From: Nitrospiraceae bacterium
GTDB lineage: Bacteria; Nitrospirota; Nitrospiria; Nitrospirales; UBA2166
Assembly: GCA_002726235.1 (NCBI GenBank)
Contig: PBSN01000001.1
Location: 1 to 61,767 of the forward strand
Length of the DNA: 61,767 bases
Reading direction: 5' to 3'
Both the position numbers and the translations under genes were made by a program. Under the pieces are notes generated by a model that worked only from the letters and a program-made list of their open reading frames with translations, searched no databases and was not told where the DNA came from. Shown one piece after another: positions 23,792-33,098 of this stretch (positions within the stretch are counted from its first letter, which is position 1; every line of letters starts with the position of its first letter).

Positions 23792-24325
23792 GCCAACAAG
23801 TGGAGAGAAGTATCAGAACAGTATGTTTTGTTCCATTTTGGTGGACATTGCACATCACCACATGAACAAAAAACGCAATAGTTGTCAGCTTTTGGATTGA
23901 GCATTCTCTTGCAACCCGTGCACACATAGAAGATCTAGCAGAGGCGGTGTGAGCATCATTTCTGTCGTAATCAATTTGCACAGCGGGCAGCATATCGGTA
24001 ATATGCCTTCGCCTGCTAAATCTATTGGCGCACCCTACAATAAATCCTCACCGTCGAGATTGGCTTACCAAGTCCAACGCTGGAAGCATCGGGAGATTGT
24101 ATCCTCTAGACTGAGGACACTTGACTCACCGCTGTGCCATTTCCAATCAAGGATAAATAGAAAACCCAAGAACTTGCAGTTGCTTTTTCACTCTCGCAAC
24201 GGTGAGGTATAGCAACAAAAAAAATATATAAACATTAACAAATTACCCAACAACAACCACGGAACTACCGGATGCATTAACCAACCCTACACAAAACTAT
24301 AATTTCAAACCTTAGAGGGTCGAAC

Positions 24326-24712
24326 TCATGGCGTGATGGCTACCCCATTAGGACCATCCCCAACAGGAATCGTGGCGACGACCGTATTCGTGGTCACATC
24401 AATCACTGAGACAGTATTAGAAAGCCAGTTCGTCACATAAGCGCGAGTCCCATCCGGCGTAATGGCGACTCCGTTGGGAGCATCCTCAACCGGAATCGTG
24501 GCAATGACCGTATTCGTGTCTACGTCAATCACTGAGACGGTGCCGGAGGAATTGTTTGTCACATAGGCACGCGTTGATGACTTGACCGACTGCGAGACTG
24601 TGGGCTGCTGAAGGGATACGGGTTCAACATTTTTATCCCCTTCGCACGAAACGGCAACGAACGAAAATACTAAGATAACAACAATTCTTGTAAGTTGGAT
24701 ACATCTCATCAT
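24326..24712 (-). CDS. Lipoprotein with YVTN/YncE-type beta-propeller repeats
   Basis: Lipobox AVSC; two repeats RAYVTN..TVSVIDV.TNTV.ATIPV...PNGVAITP. Confidence 0.85.
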   Translation of the reverse strand: MMRCIQLTRIVVILVFSFVAVSCEGDKNVEPVSLQQPTVSQSVKSSTRAYVTNNSSGTVSVIDVDTNTVIATIPVEDAPNGVAITPDGTRAYVTNWLSNTVSVIDVTTNTVVATIPVGDGPNGVAITP

Positions 24713-24746
24713 GGGATGTTATTCATTTTTTCACCATAGCGGAAGA

Positions 24747-24775
24747 AGTGTACGCCTCACAGGAACACAATTCAA
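24747..24775 (-). promoter_or_regulatory. sigma70-type promoter (copy 1 of a shared module)
   Basis: TTGAAT, 17-nt spacer, TACACT. Confidence 0.6.
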
Positions 24776-24939
24776 TATCCACCGTCGGGAGGGAATGGCT
24801 TTGCGGAGAAGTATCATTTTTGCCCATGCCATTTTCATCTCGGTTGAAGGCCTTGAGTTTGGGTGATATTAAGATACGGATTCTTTGAGCATGCAATAGA
24901 ACGACACCGCCTCACGAGTGGAGCTATTCTAAATTGAAC

Positions 24940-26164
24940 CTATCCCACCACCTCAGACAAAGGTCTGCGCATTGCTTGCGAACGTGCTTCTTCTGCACGG
25001 GATATGGCTACCGCTGACATTGGAGTGTTATAGGATGCTTTGGTCAGATCAAACCCAAGCACGCAATAGAGTTCATCCAAATTGGCCTCATCTAAATCGC
25101 GAGCGAGTACCCACTTGTGATTCTCTACTGGCAAGCAGTAACCGGACTGCTGGAGGTCTCGCATAATTTCAAAAACAGTAGCTACGCCAAGTTCGCGTTC
25201 GAGGACGTCATCACTCAATCCACCGCCTTTCTGATGTTGGCTCTTAAGCAAATGGAGAACATGCAACACCGCCGCCATCCTTTCGGCTGGTGTCATGGGA
25301 TGTTCTGAGACGTAGCTGGAATATTTCCAGTCCTCAAGAGCAGAAGTCAGCAATGCCCCAAGAAGGACGACGACCCAAACCAAAAACATCCAGATCAGAA
25401 AAATAGGAATAGCCGCGAGCACACCATAGATGACATGGTAGGAAGAAAAAATTAAAATAACCCCCCCCACAAATAGTTTCTTAAGAATCGCAAATAGAAC
25501 CCCGGCCAAGATGCCCCCGGTCACTCCACTTTGCCAATGAACAGTGCGGTTGGGAACAGCACTGTAAAAGATGGTCAACTCAATCACCATGATCAGATTT
25601 GGAACAACCTCATGGACTAGTGAAGATCCAAGAGAATTACTGAACTGAGCGACATCAAACCAAGCGGACAACGCGTAAAGATACGTGGACAACGACAAAC
25701 TGATTCCAATAAGCAACGGGCTCAGAGTTAACAAAGCCCAGAACATGAGCACCCGAAAAGCCAGTGGGCGCTGGATGCGTACGCGAAAAATTCGATTCAG
25801 CGCACTTTCAATGGTGGCAAGCAGAATGATGGCCGTCACTCCCAGTCCAATAATTCCCATTGTTGTCAGCTTGCCTGTTTGTTGAGTGAAGTTGTGCAGA
25901 TAGCGAGACACAACATCGCCTGCAGCAGGCACAAAGTTCTGAAAGACGTAGTACTGAACCTGTTGCTGAATCCCGTCAAAGGCAGGAAAAGCTGAAAAAA
26001 ATGGCAAAACTGATAGCGAGCAGAGGTACCAGCGATAACAAAGTGGTGTAGCTCAACGATGCCGCAATGCGCAAACACTGATCATCATGAAACCGGTACA
26101 GAATAGAGCCTGAGAGTTCCTTGAGATCGCCTACATGAAAATTGCGTGGGCTCGACGTAGCCAT
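24940..26164 (-). pseudogene. yihY: YihY/BrkB family inner membrane protein, frameshifted at a homopolymer (real or assembly error)
   Basis: N-terminus (AASLSYTTLLSLVP) is in ORF 25976-26164 and the body in ORF 24940-26007; removing one base from the A7 run at 25995-26001 joins them as ..AIFSAFPAF.. Confidence 0.8.
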
Positions 26165-26389
26165 AGTGCAATCCTCCCTATTGGACTAAGAGTCCTCTAC
26201 CATCAGTAAGGATAGGTTGTCCAGAACACTCCCATCCCTATCACTCTATAAATTTTCCACATCATTGGGTGGGTAACGCCCAGCAAGACGGCTCTTCTTT
26301 TTGAGAAATCAGACAAGGTTGGGAAAGAAAAGGTGTAGCAGTGAGGAAGGGACCAAAGCACTGAAAACTTCCTCAACAATGATGTGTGC

Positions 26390-26418
26390 AGGGTACGCCG
26401 AACCGAAACAGGATTCAA
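26390..26418 (-). promoter_or_regulatory. sigma70-type promoter (copy 2)
   Basis: TTGAAT, 17-nt spacer, TACCCT. Confidence 0.5.
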
Positions 26419-26531
26419 TCTTCCCCTTCATATGTTGGGATAAATCAAGGAGGAGCAAACGGTGTGTTATGGCTAATATCGACTTCGAACGTGTTGACGT
26501 AATCGATACGTATGTGTCGCGTGATGAGGTG

Positions 26532-27095
26532 TTAGCGAGTTGGTGTCCACTCGCGGGCCAACCGGTTTGCTTCCGCAATCTCCTGTTGCGACATCTTTTG
26601 TGCGAGTTCATCACGGCGTTCGATGACTCGATCTCGTGTTTCTTGGATAGACACATCCGCTACAGCAAGGGTATACCACTTATACGCTTGGATGGCATCT
26701 GGCAATACCCCTCGCCCCAATTCATACATCTTGCCAAGATTAACCTGAGCAATCGCATAGCTACCCTCTGCGGATTTCGTATACCAGTTCAACGCTTCCT
26801 GATTATTCTGCGGCACACCCTTTCCGTAATAGTACATCCAGCCAATCCAGTTATGGGCCTTGGCATGGCCAGACTCTGCAGCCTTCATGAACTGCTCTAA
26901 GGCAGTTGCATAGTCCTTCTGATTAAACGCATCCTTTCCATCGTGATAGAAGTCGTCGCCTTGGGGTACTTCAGCTGAGGTAGAGGAGGAGACTACTGCG
27001 GGAAGCGGATCGACAGAGTCCGCGGTCTTCTTGGGTTCACATCCGATACTGGACACAATGAGAATGACGAGAAGAGGCATCGTGATCAAAGGCAT
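26532..27095 (-). CDS. Sel1-like repeat lipoprotein
   Basis: ATG after GGAG; lipobox SIGC; AHNWIGWMYYYGKGV and AQVNLGKMYELGRGV. Confidence 0.9.
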   Translation of the reverse strand: MPLITMPLLVILIVSSIGCEPKKTADSVDPLPAVVSSSTSAEVPQGDDFYHDGKDAFNQKDYATALEQFMKAAESGHAKAHNWIGWMYYYGKGVPQNNQEALNWYTKSAEGSYAIAQVNLGKMYELGRGVLPDAIQAYKWYTLAVADVSIQETRDRVIERRDELAQKMSQQEIAEANRLAREWTPTR

Positions 27096-27249
27096 ACAGT
27101 TTTCTCCAACCAGAACTTTAGATTGATAGTCACTTATCGCCAGAAGACTGTGCGGAACAATCTTCACCACATTACACCTTTCTTAATCAAGCAGGTTGAA
27201 GGAGGTGTCATTGTAACTCAGAATTCACTCACATTATCATCACTGAATA

Positions 27250-27278
27250 AGTGTACGTCTGCCAAAAACACGACTCAA
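27250..27278 (-). promoter_or_regulatory. sigma70-type promoter (copy 3)
   Basis: TTGAGT, 17-nt spacer, TACACT. Confidence 0.55.
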
Positions 27279-27398
27279 GCTTCACCTCATGTAGGGAATG
27301 GAGAGAGGAAGAACGATGCGTTATGACTAATGACGGTGTTTTGCTTCAGATGCGAGAAACTACTAACAAGCAAGCCCCCACGTGACCAAATCATGAAC

Positions 27399-27581
27399 CT
27401 AGAGAAAGCAGGTTGTAAATTTATTGACGAGCTTGGAGGTGAATGCAAACGGTATCGCAAGAGGTCCAAATATTGCGCCCATTAAACCCAAAAAAACAGA
27501 CTTTGCTCCTCTACGTTTTGCTACGGAATGACAGACAACTATGCTCAATATATTTAGCGCTACTAAAACGTAAATCGCCAT
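27399..27581 (-). CDS. Small two-TM membrane protein
   Basis: GGAG RBS; hydrophobic-KRRG-hydrophobic pattern (GAIFGPLAIPF). Confidence 0.6.
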   Translation of the reverse strand: MAIYVLVALNILSIVVCHSVAKRRGAKSVFLGLMGAIFGPLAIPFAFTSKLVNKFTTCFL

Positions 27582-28008
27582 CTTTGTTCTCCATCAATAA
27601 ACCCCATTCATGTCCGGTTAGACGCAGAGCATTATCATTCACGCGCACATTCCACCTCACTACTGCGCAACACTTTATAGCCCATGGTAGATATCTTCAC
27701 ATGATTCCTTCGAGTAAAGCATCAGCCTTTCTAGTGCATGGGGCTTTACCTCATTTCATTTGTCAACCTTTGGGCTTCATCGATTTGTCCAGCATTCAGA
27801 TTCAAGGCTACTTGGCATCAACCGGATTGCTCCAACAGATTGATGACAACAAATATCGTGACAACGAGAGTCGGGGTTAACGCCGCTGAACAATCGATGC
27901 CAAGTTTGACGATTCATCGACCATATACATTATGTCACGCGGTCCAAGATTCAAAAGCACTATGGCAAACGGGACAATAATTATAAAACCAACGAGGTTG
28001 ATGAGGTG

Positions 28009-28692
28009 CTAGCGAATCGGCATCCGCTCGCGGATGAACTTTTCAGCCTCAGCGATTTGGTGAGGGGTCATAAACGCGACAATCGCATCACGTTTCCTAA
28101 CTTCATTCCCTCCATCTCCAGAAGCCGCGAGAGTGGCCCACACATAAGCGAGCACGTAATCCATGGGAACGCCTTTCCCAAAATAATACATTGAGGCAAG
28201 ATTGTATTGGGCTCCCCGATCACCAGCTTCAGCGGCTTTCCGATACCACCTCACCGCTCGCTGATCGTCCTGCATCACACCTTTCCCATGAGCATACATC
28301 ACGCCAAGGGCGGTCTGAGCACCCGTATCGCCAGCCTCAGCGGCTTTCGTGTACCAGTACATTGCTTGCGCATAATCCTGTGGTCCACCCCTCCCCTCGA
28401 CGCACATTGAGGCAAGATTGTATTGAGCCTCCATGTAACCATCTTCAGCAGCTTCTATGTACCAGTGCATCGCCTGCTCATGGTCTTGCGACACACGTTC
28501 TCCAAACCGGTACAGTGATCCAAAAATAGATTGTGGCCGTAGATTGCCGGTCTTGTCCGACTCCATCAACTTCGTAAAAGTCGCCGCATAGTCATCCTTA
28601 AGATAAGAAATCAAGGCATCTTCACCGTCTCCAGCCACCGCAACGCCAGTCCCACCGACCAGAAATACCAGTGCGAACACTATGGACTTCAC
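28009..28692 (-). CDS. Secreted Sel1-like repeat protein (start uncertain; ORF open to 28764)
   Basis: Signal peptide; AQYNLASMCVEGRG, AQTALGVMYAHGKGV, AQYNLASMYYFGKGV. Confidence 0.9.
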   Translation of the reverse strand: MKSIVFALVFLVGGTGVAVAGDGEDALISYLKDDYAATFTKLMESDKTGNLRPQSIFGSLYRFGERVSQDHEQAMHWYIEAAEDGYMEAQYNLASMCVEGRGGPQDYAQAMYWYTKAAEAGDTGAQTALGVMYAHGKGVMQDDQRAVRWYRKAAEAGDRGAQYNLASMYYFGKGVPMDYVLAYVWATLAASGDGGNEVRKRDAIVAFMTPHQIAEAEKFIRERMPIR

Positions 28693-28813
28693 CACACCTC
28701 CAATTGAAAATTGATAGATCATACGCGAGTCCGAGCCTCGTTCAGTTCCATGAACATGCACCACCGTGAAATTGGTGCGAGTGTTTTGGTGTCCATTCGC
28801 TGGCTAGATAGCT

Positions 28814-29086
28814 TCAACAACAAGGTTTTTGATCGACTCTTCTAGAAATCAGGTTGTAAAGCCACGCGAAGATCGCCCCCCCAACGATGCCATCGACAAA
28901 AGCCCACATAAGGCCAATGATGCTTCCAAGCGGACTGATGGTGTAGCCCCGATAGACATACCCAATAAAGGTCTTTTCCCCGATGACATGCGGTTCAAAA
29001 AAAATGATCCACCACGTAAGTATGAAAAGGCCGAGTCCCCAAAAAATCCCACATGCGAGAGCAAACGCTTTTATATTGAATGTCAT
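28814..29086 (-). CDS. Small membrane protein of a family often annotated 'bacteriophage holin'
   Basis: KAFALACGIFWG..YRGYTISPLGSIIGLMWAFVDG..GAIFAWLYN; GGAGG RBS. Confidence 0.75.
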   Translation of the reverse strand: MTFNIKAFALACGIFWGLGLFILTWWIIFFEPHVIGEKTFIGYVYRGYTISPLGSIIGLMWAFVDGIVGGAIFAWLYNLISRRVDQKPCC

Positions 29087-29150
29087 GATTCACCTCCTCG
29101 TGTTAAAGAAAGCAAGTGGTGAACAACAAATATAACGCAACGACACATAC

Positions 29151-29179
29151 AGTGTACGCCTCTCCGAATCGCGATTCAA
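29151..29179 (-). promoter_or_regulatory. sigma70-type promoter (copy 4)
   Basis: TTGAAT, 17-nt spacer, TACACT. Confidence 0.6.
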
Positions 29180-29595
29180 TCTTTACTGCCGATGCATATA
29201 GGGAATAGGAGAAAAATTACGGAGCTCCAGCATCTCACTAGATGCCTTGCTCAGGAGACTGTCCGTCTTAGAGACGGGGAATAGTTAGAGTTCGCTAGCA
29301 TCGACCTTTTCAATTGTTCACAGTTAACTAAAGTTTCTTCCTAATAAATCTTCCTATAAGAATTTGGCCAATTCGAACAAACCGATGCCGGATCTCTTCA
29401 CTTTGTCGTTTCACCTGATATTAATGCCGAGACTAATTGTGTATGATTGGCACTCAACACAATCTTGCCGTACTTGTCTTGAAAATTTCCAATTTGGGAC
29501 TTACCCGCACCGCCTGCATTACCCTTACCATTAGTACAAGACAGGAACCTACCCACCAATGCGACGCAAGAAGATCATCCGCGTAAACTAAGCCA

Positions 29596-30042
29596 ATGGT
29601 TATCTCAACTCACAGTGATCAACCCGCCACATGTAAGCCTGGTACTTATGCGCTCATCCTCAAAAGCACAACTCGGCAGAAAATTCACATTGGCCGACTC
29701 GGAGCGTTGTCATTGAAAAAAGGTATCTATGTCTACATAGGTAGTGGATTCGGCCCCGGAGGTGTTCGTGCCCGTCTAAAGCACCATCGTCGCGTGTCTC
29801 CCTCTCCTCATTGGCACATCGACTACCTGCGACAAGTTCTCCCTATCGTCAGCATATGGTATTCCCATGACCCCGAACGACACGAGCATCACTGGGCAAC
29901 AACGTTCATGCTACTCTCTGGCACAGACATTCCACTACTGGGGTTCGGGGCATCAGATTGTCGGTGTAGAACCCACCTGCTCTATTTCGTTGAAGCCCCG
30001 TCACCTACAGAGTTTCGACAGCACTCAAGAAAATTACGCTGA
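29596..30042 (+). CDS. GIY-YIG-like nuclease (DUF123 type)
   Basis: GTYALIL..GIYVYIGS..RLKHH..HWHIDYL..GFGASDCRC.THL. Confidence 0.85.
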   Translation: MVISTHSDQPATCKPGTYALILKSTTRQKIHIGRLGALSLKKGIYVYIGSGFGPGGVRARLKHHRRVSPSPHWHIDYLRQVLPIVSIWYSHDPERHEHHWATTFMLLSGTDIPLLGFGASDCRCRTHLLYFVEAPSPTEFRQHSRKLR

Positions 30043-30110
30043 GAATTACGGCTTCCATCGCCATCGTGTTGCACCACCATCAATGGGGTCATTGCTTAAC
30101 ATTTACCCCA

Positions 30111-30401
30111 TTACCCTTTCAGTCCGAGAACCCCATCTTTGCACGCCTTGGCTACCCGAAACTTCACGGCCCTTTTAGCGGGGATCTTAATCGATTCACC
30201 AGTCTGAGGATTTCGCCCCGTTCGCGCTTTACGATTGCTAACAGCAAGCTTCCCTATACCGGGAAGGAGAAAAGTGTTCTTGGCCTCCTTGTAAGCCAAC
30301 GCCACAAATTCATCAAGGCTCTCTGTTATTGCTCTCTTGGTCAGCCCGGCCTTCGTGGCCAAATGGCTAACAATCTTAGTTTTGATCATTGGTTTGGTCA
30401 C
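30111..30401 (-). CDS. hup: HU family DNA-binding protein
   Basis: PGIGKL..RKARTGRNPQTGESIKIPAK. Confidence 0.93.
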   Translation of the reverse strand: MTKPMIKTKIVSHLATKAGLTKRAITESLDEFVALAYKEAKNTFLLPGIGKLAVSNRKARTGRNPQTGESIKIPAKRAVKFRVAKACKDGVLGLKG

Positions 30402-30695
30402 AGCTACTCTTCCTCATTTCAATTACCTGGGGTTAAGGATAGCGTATCGCACGAGCAGAATTGCATCTGATTTTCAAAAGAAAGTTTCAAAAAACCGATG
30501 CAGGCTCTGGAATGCTTGGGGAGCGATGAGAGAGGAAGGTAGGTGGAAGCGCCCGTATGAGTTTAAGCCTCGCCTCCGGAGCCACCCTTTCCCTTTGATG
30601 AGCAAGAGCCTTTTCTCCTTCTGAATTCCCCCACCAATCCACTCGGAACCCTGTCTTCGAGATACCCGGATTAAATCTCACCCTAGCGCAACCCG

Positions 30696-32507
30696 TCACC
30701 TCGGAACCCGGATCCGTTCTACAAGTTGTTGGACATGCTCAGGCGGAGCACTTGTGACTCGTGAAACAGCATAAGCCACGGAAAAATTGAGAATCATCCC
30801 GATTGTCCCAATCCCCTCTGGAGAGATCCCAAAGAGCCAATTTTCCGGAGTATTTGCATAGAGCGGCATGATAAATATCCCTTTTAAGCAAACAATATAG
30901 CCCATGGTGAAGATAAGCCCAGTGAGCATGCCGGAGATGACGCCCCACTTGTTCATCCTTTTGCTGAAGATGCCAAGGAACAGAGCAGGAAACAACGATG
31001 CCGCTGCCAGGCCAAATGCAAAAGCCACAACTTGTGCGACAAAGGCTGGTGGATGTAGTCCAAGATATCCCGCAATGCAGATCGCGCCTGTGGCCGCCAC
31101 TCTACTAGCCATCAATTCGAGCTTTTCACTAATCGTTGGTGCAATCGTGCTCTTGAGAAGATCATGAGACACACTGACGGAGATCACCAAAAGCAACCCT
31201 GCCGCAGTTGAAAGTGCGGCCGCTATTCCCCCGGCAGCAATAAGCGCGATCACCCAATTTGGAAGCCCAGCAATTTCTGGATTAGCTAACACCATGATGT
31301 CACGATCAACGTAGATCTCGTTAGCGAACGACGCACCGTCAGCGATATGTCCCTCTCCGGGATTTGTCACTAGCCGTTCGCCATATATACCTCGACGATC
31401 ACTATCAAAATGCGGTGCGTCGGTCACGCTCCCGGTCAATGCATTGCCAGCAGCATATTGCACCTTGCCATCATTATTGTGATCAACCCACGCGATAAGA
31501 CCAGAATCTTCCCAAGTGTGAAACCATGACGGCATGGTTCTGTAGACCTGGCCATGACCATCAGGGCCATTAACTGTGGTCACGAAATTCATCATAGCCA
31601 GTGCACCAACAGCCGGTGCTGATGTATAAAGCAAAGCGATAAAAACCAGAGCCCAACCGGCTGAGCGTCGCGCATCGCGAACCTTGCGAACGGTGAAAAA
31701 CCGTACAATAACGTGTGGAAGCCCCGCAGTTCCAAGCATCAATGCCAAGGTGATGGCAAAAACATCAATCATCGACTTCTGGTTGAATGGCGCGGTGTAA
31801 GACGCGAGCCCAAGATCGACGAGCACCCGATCCAGCGTTTCAAGCAGATATCCAGAGCCATCACTCAACTGAGAGCCCAACGCCAATTGAGGAACAAGAT
31901 TGCCGGTAAACTGGAAGGAGATAAATACCGCTGGAACCGTATACGCAAATATCAGCACGCAGTATTGTGCAACCTGCGTGTAAGTAATCCCACGCATGCC
32001 ACCAAGAACAGCGTAAGTAAACACAACAGCCATGCCAACATAGAGTCCTACCTCAACAGAGACCCCAAGAAAACGAGAAAAGACGATCCCAACACCCCGC
32101 ATCTGCCCGGCGACGTAGGTAAAGGAGATGAAGATTAGGCAGATAACAGCGACCACACGCGCAACCTGAGAATCGTATCGATCACCGATAAATTCTGGGA
32201 CCGTGTACTTCCCAAACTTGCGAAGGTACGGAGCGAGCAACATAGCGAGGAGCACGTACCCTCCCGTCCAGCCCATGAGGTAAATGCTGCCTTCGTATCC
32301 TAGGAACGCAATCAACCCCGCCATCGAAATAAATGACGCCGCCGACATCCAATCCGCAGCAGTAGCCATCCCATTTGTGATCGGGTGAACATGAGCCCCA
32401 GCCACGTAAAACTCGCTAGTTGACCTGGCTCGAGACAAAATCGCAATGCCTATATAGAGCACAAAGCTAAAGCCTACGACACAATACGTAAGGGTTTGGA
32501 GTTCCAC
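30696..32507 (-). CDS. Sodium:solute symporter (ActP/VC_2705-like)
   Basis: NGMATAADWMSAASFIS, GTAGLPHVIVRFFTV, AAALSTAAGLL; probable GTG start. Confidence 0.92.
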   Translation of the reverse strand: MELQTLTYCVVGFSFVLYIGIAILSRARSTSEFYVAGAHVHPITNGMATAADWMSAASFISMAGLIAFLGYEGSIYLMGWTGGYVLLAMLLAPYLRKFGKYTVPEFIGDRYDSQVARVVAVICLIFISFTYVAGQMRGVGIVFSRFLGVSVEVGLYVGMAVVFTYAVLGGMRGITYTQVAQYCVLIFAYTVPAVFISFQFTGNLVPQLALGSQLSDGSGYLLETLDRVLVDLGLASYTAPFNQKSMIDVFAITLALMLGTAGLPHVIVRFFTVRKVRDARRSAGWALVFIALLYTSAPAVGALAMMNFVTTVNGPDGHGQVYRTMPSWFHTWEDSGLIAWVDHNNDGKVQYAAGNALTGSVTDAPHFDSDRRGIYGERLVTNPGEGHIADGASFANEIYVDRDIMVLANPEIAGLPNWVIALIAAGGIAAALSTAAGLLLVISVSVSHDLLKSTIAPTISEKLELMASRVAATGAICIAGYLGLHPPAFVAQVVAFAFGLAAASLFPALFLGIFSKRMNKWGVISGMLTGLIFTMGYIVCLKGIFIMPLYANTPENWLFGISPEGIGTIGMILNFSVAYAVSRVTSAPPEHVQQLVERIRVPR

Positions 32508-32520
32508 TACCAGGTCCGTG

Positions 32521-32775
32521 TCAATCGTCCTGAACGCCAAACTTTCGATCAATGATGTTCATACGCCAAGCGTAAAAAAAAATGATCCCCACAAATGTGC
32601 ATATCGATCCCTGTTGAGCAAACCAGAACCCTAGCCGATATCCCCCAAACTTGACGTGATTGAGTAGTTCAACCAACACAATCCCGAACAGAAGGGATGT
32701 CGTGAACCAGACCAAAAGGCACCCGATAATCAAGCGGATATTGGCATTCCAGTATGTCTGTTTGTCACTCTTCAT
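32521..32775 (-). CDS. DUF4212-type small partner of the solute symporter
   Basis: YWNANIRL..GFWFAQQGSI; directly upstream of the symporter gene. Confidence 0.85.
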   Translation of the reverse strand: MKSDKQTYWNANIRLIIGCLLVWFTTSLLFGIVLVELLNHVKFGGYRLGFWFAQQGSICTFVGIIFFYAWRMNIIDRKFGVQDD

Positions 32776-33098
32776 GGCACACTAGCCGATCTGGCACTGA
32801 TCTCATCATGGTCTTCCGTTATTACGAATACTGCACGCACAGCGACGCCGAAAAGGGAAGGTGCACAAAACAAATTTCGTTCTGGTATGTAGTGCTATGA
32901 AAACACCAAAAAGCGACGGACACCATTTCCATTTTCCAAACTCATGTCGCTTCTGATGCTCTCTCTAATCCCTCATACTTGGACATTCCTCTCAATCTCC
33001 TTGTAGGCTCATCCCATTCCAGCAATCTGATCGGCTGGCACCACTTCTTCGACTAACGCATCAGACTGGTTCCCCAAGTCGTAAAATGCGTGCTCCCA

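Noticed and set aside
23198..29086. Integron cassette array
   Set aside because: Genes are co-oriented but there are no paired RYYYAAC/GTTRRRY attC sites and no intI, and the genes carry their own promoters
33009..33098. In-frame WEHAFY peptide right after the mtfA TGA (SOD-like motif or readthrough)
   Set aside because: Only about 29 codons with no other SOD features or SECIS-like hairpin, and MtfA already looks complete; probably chance
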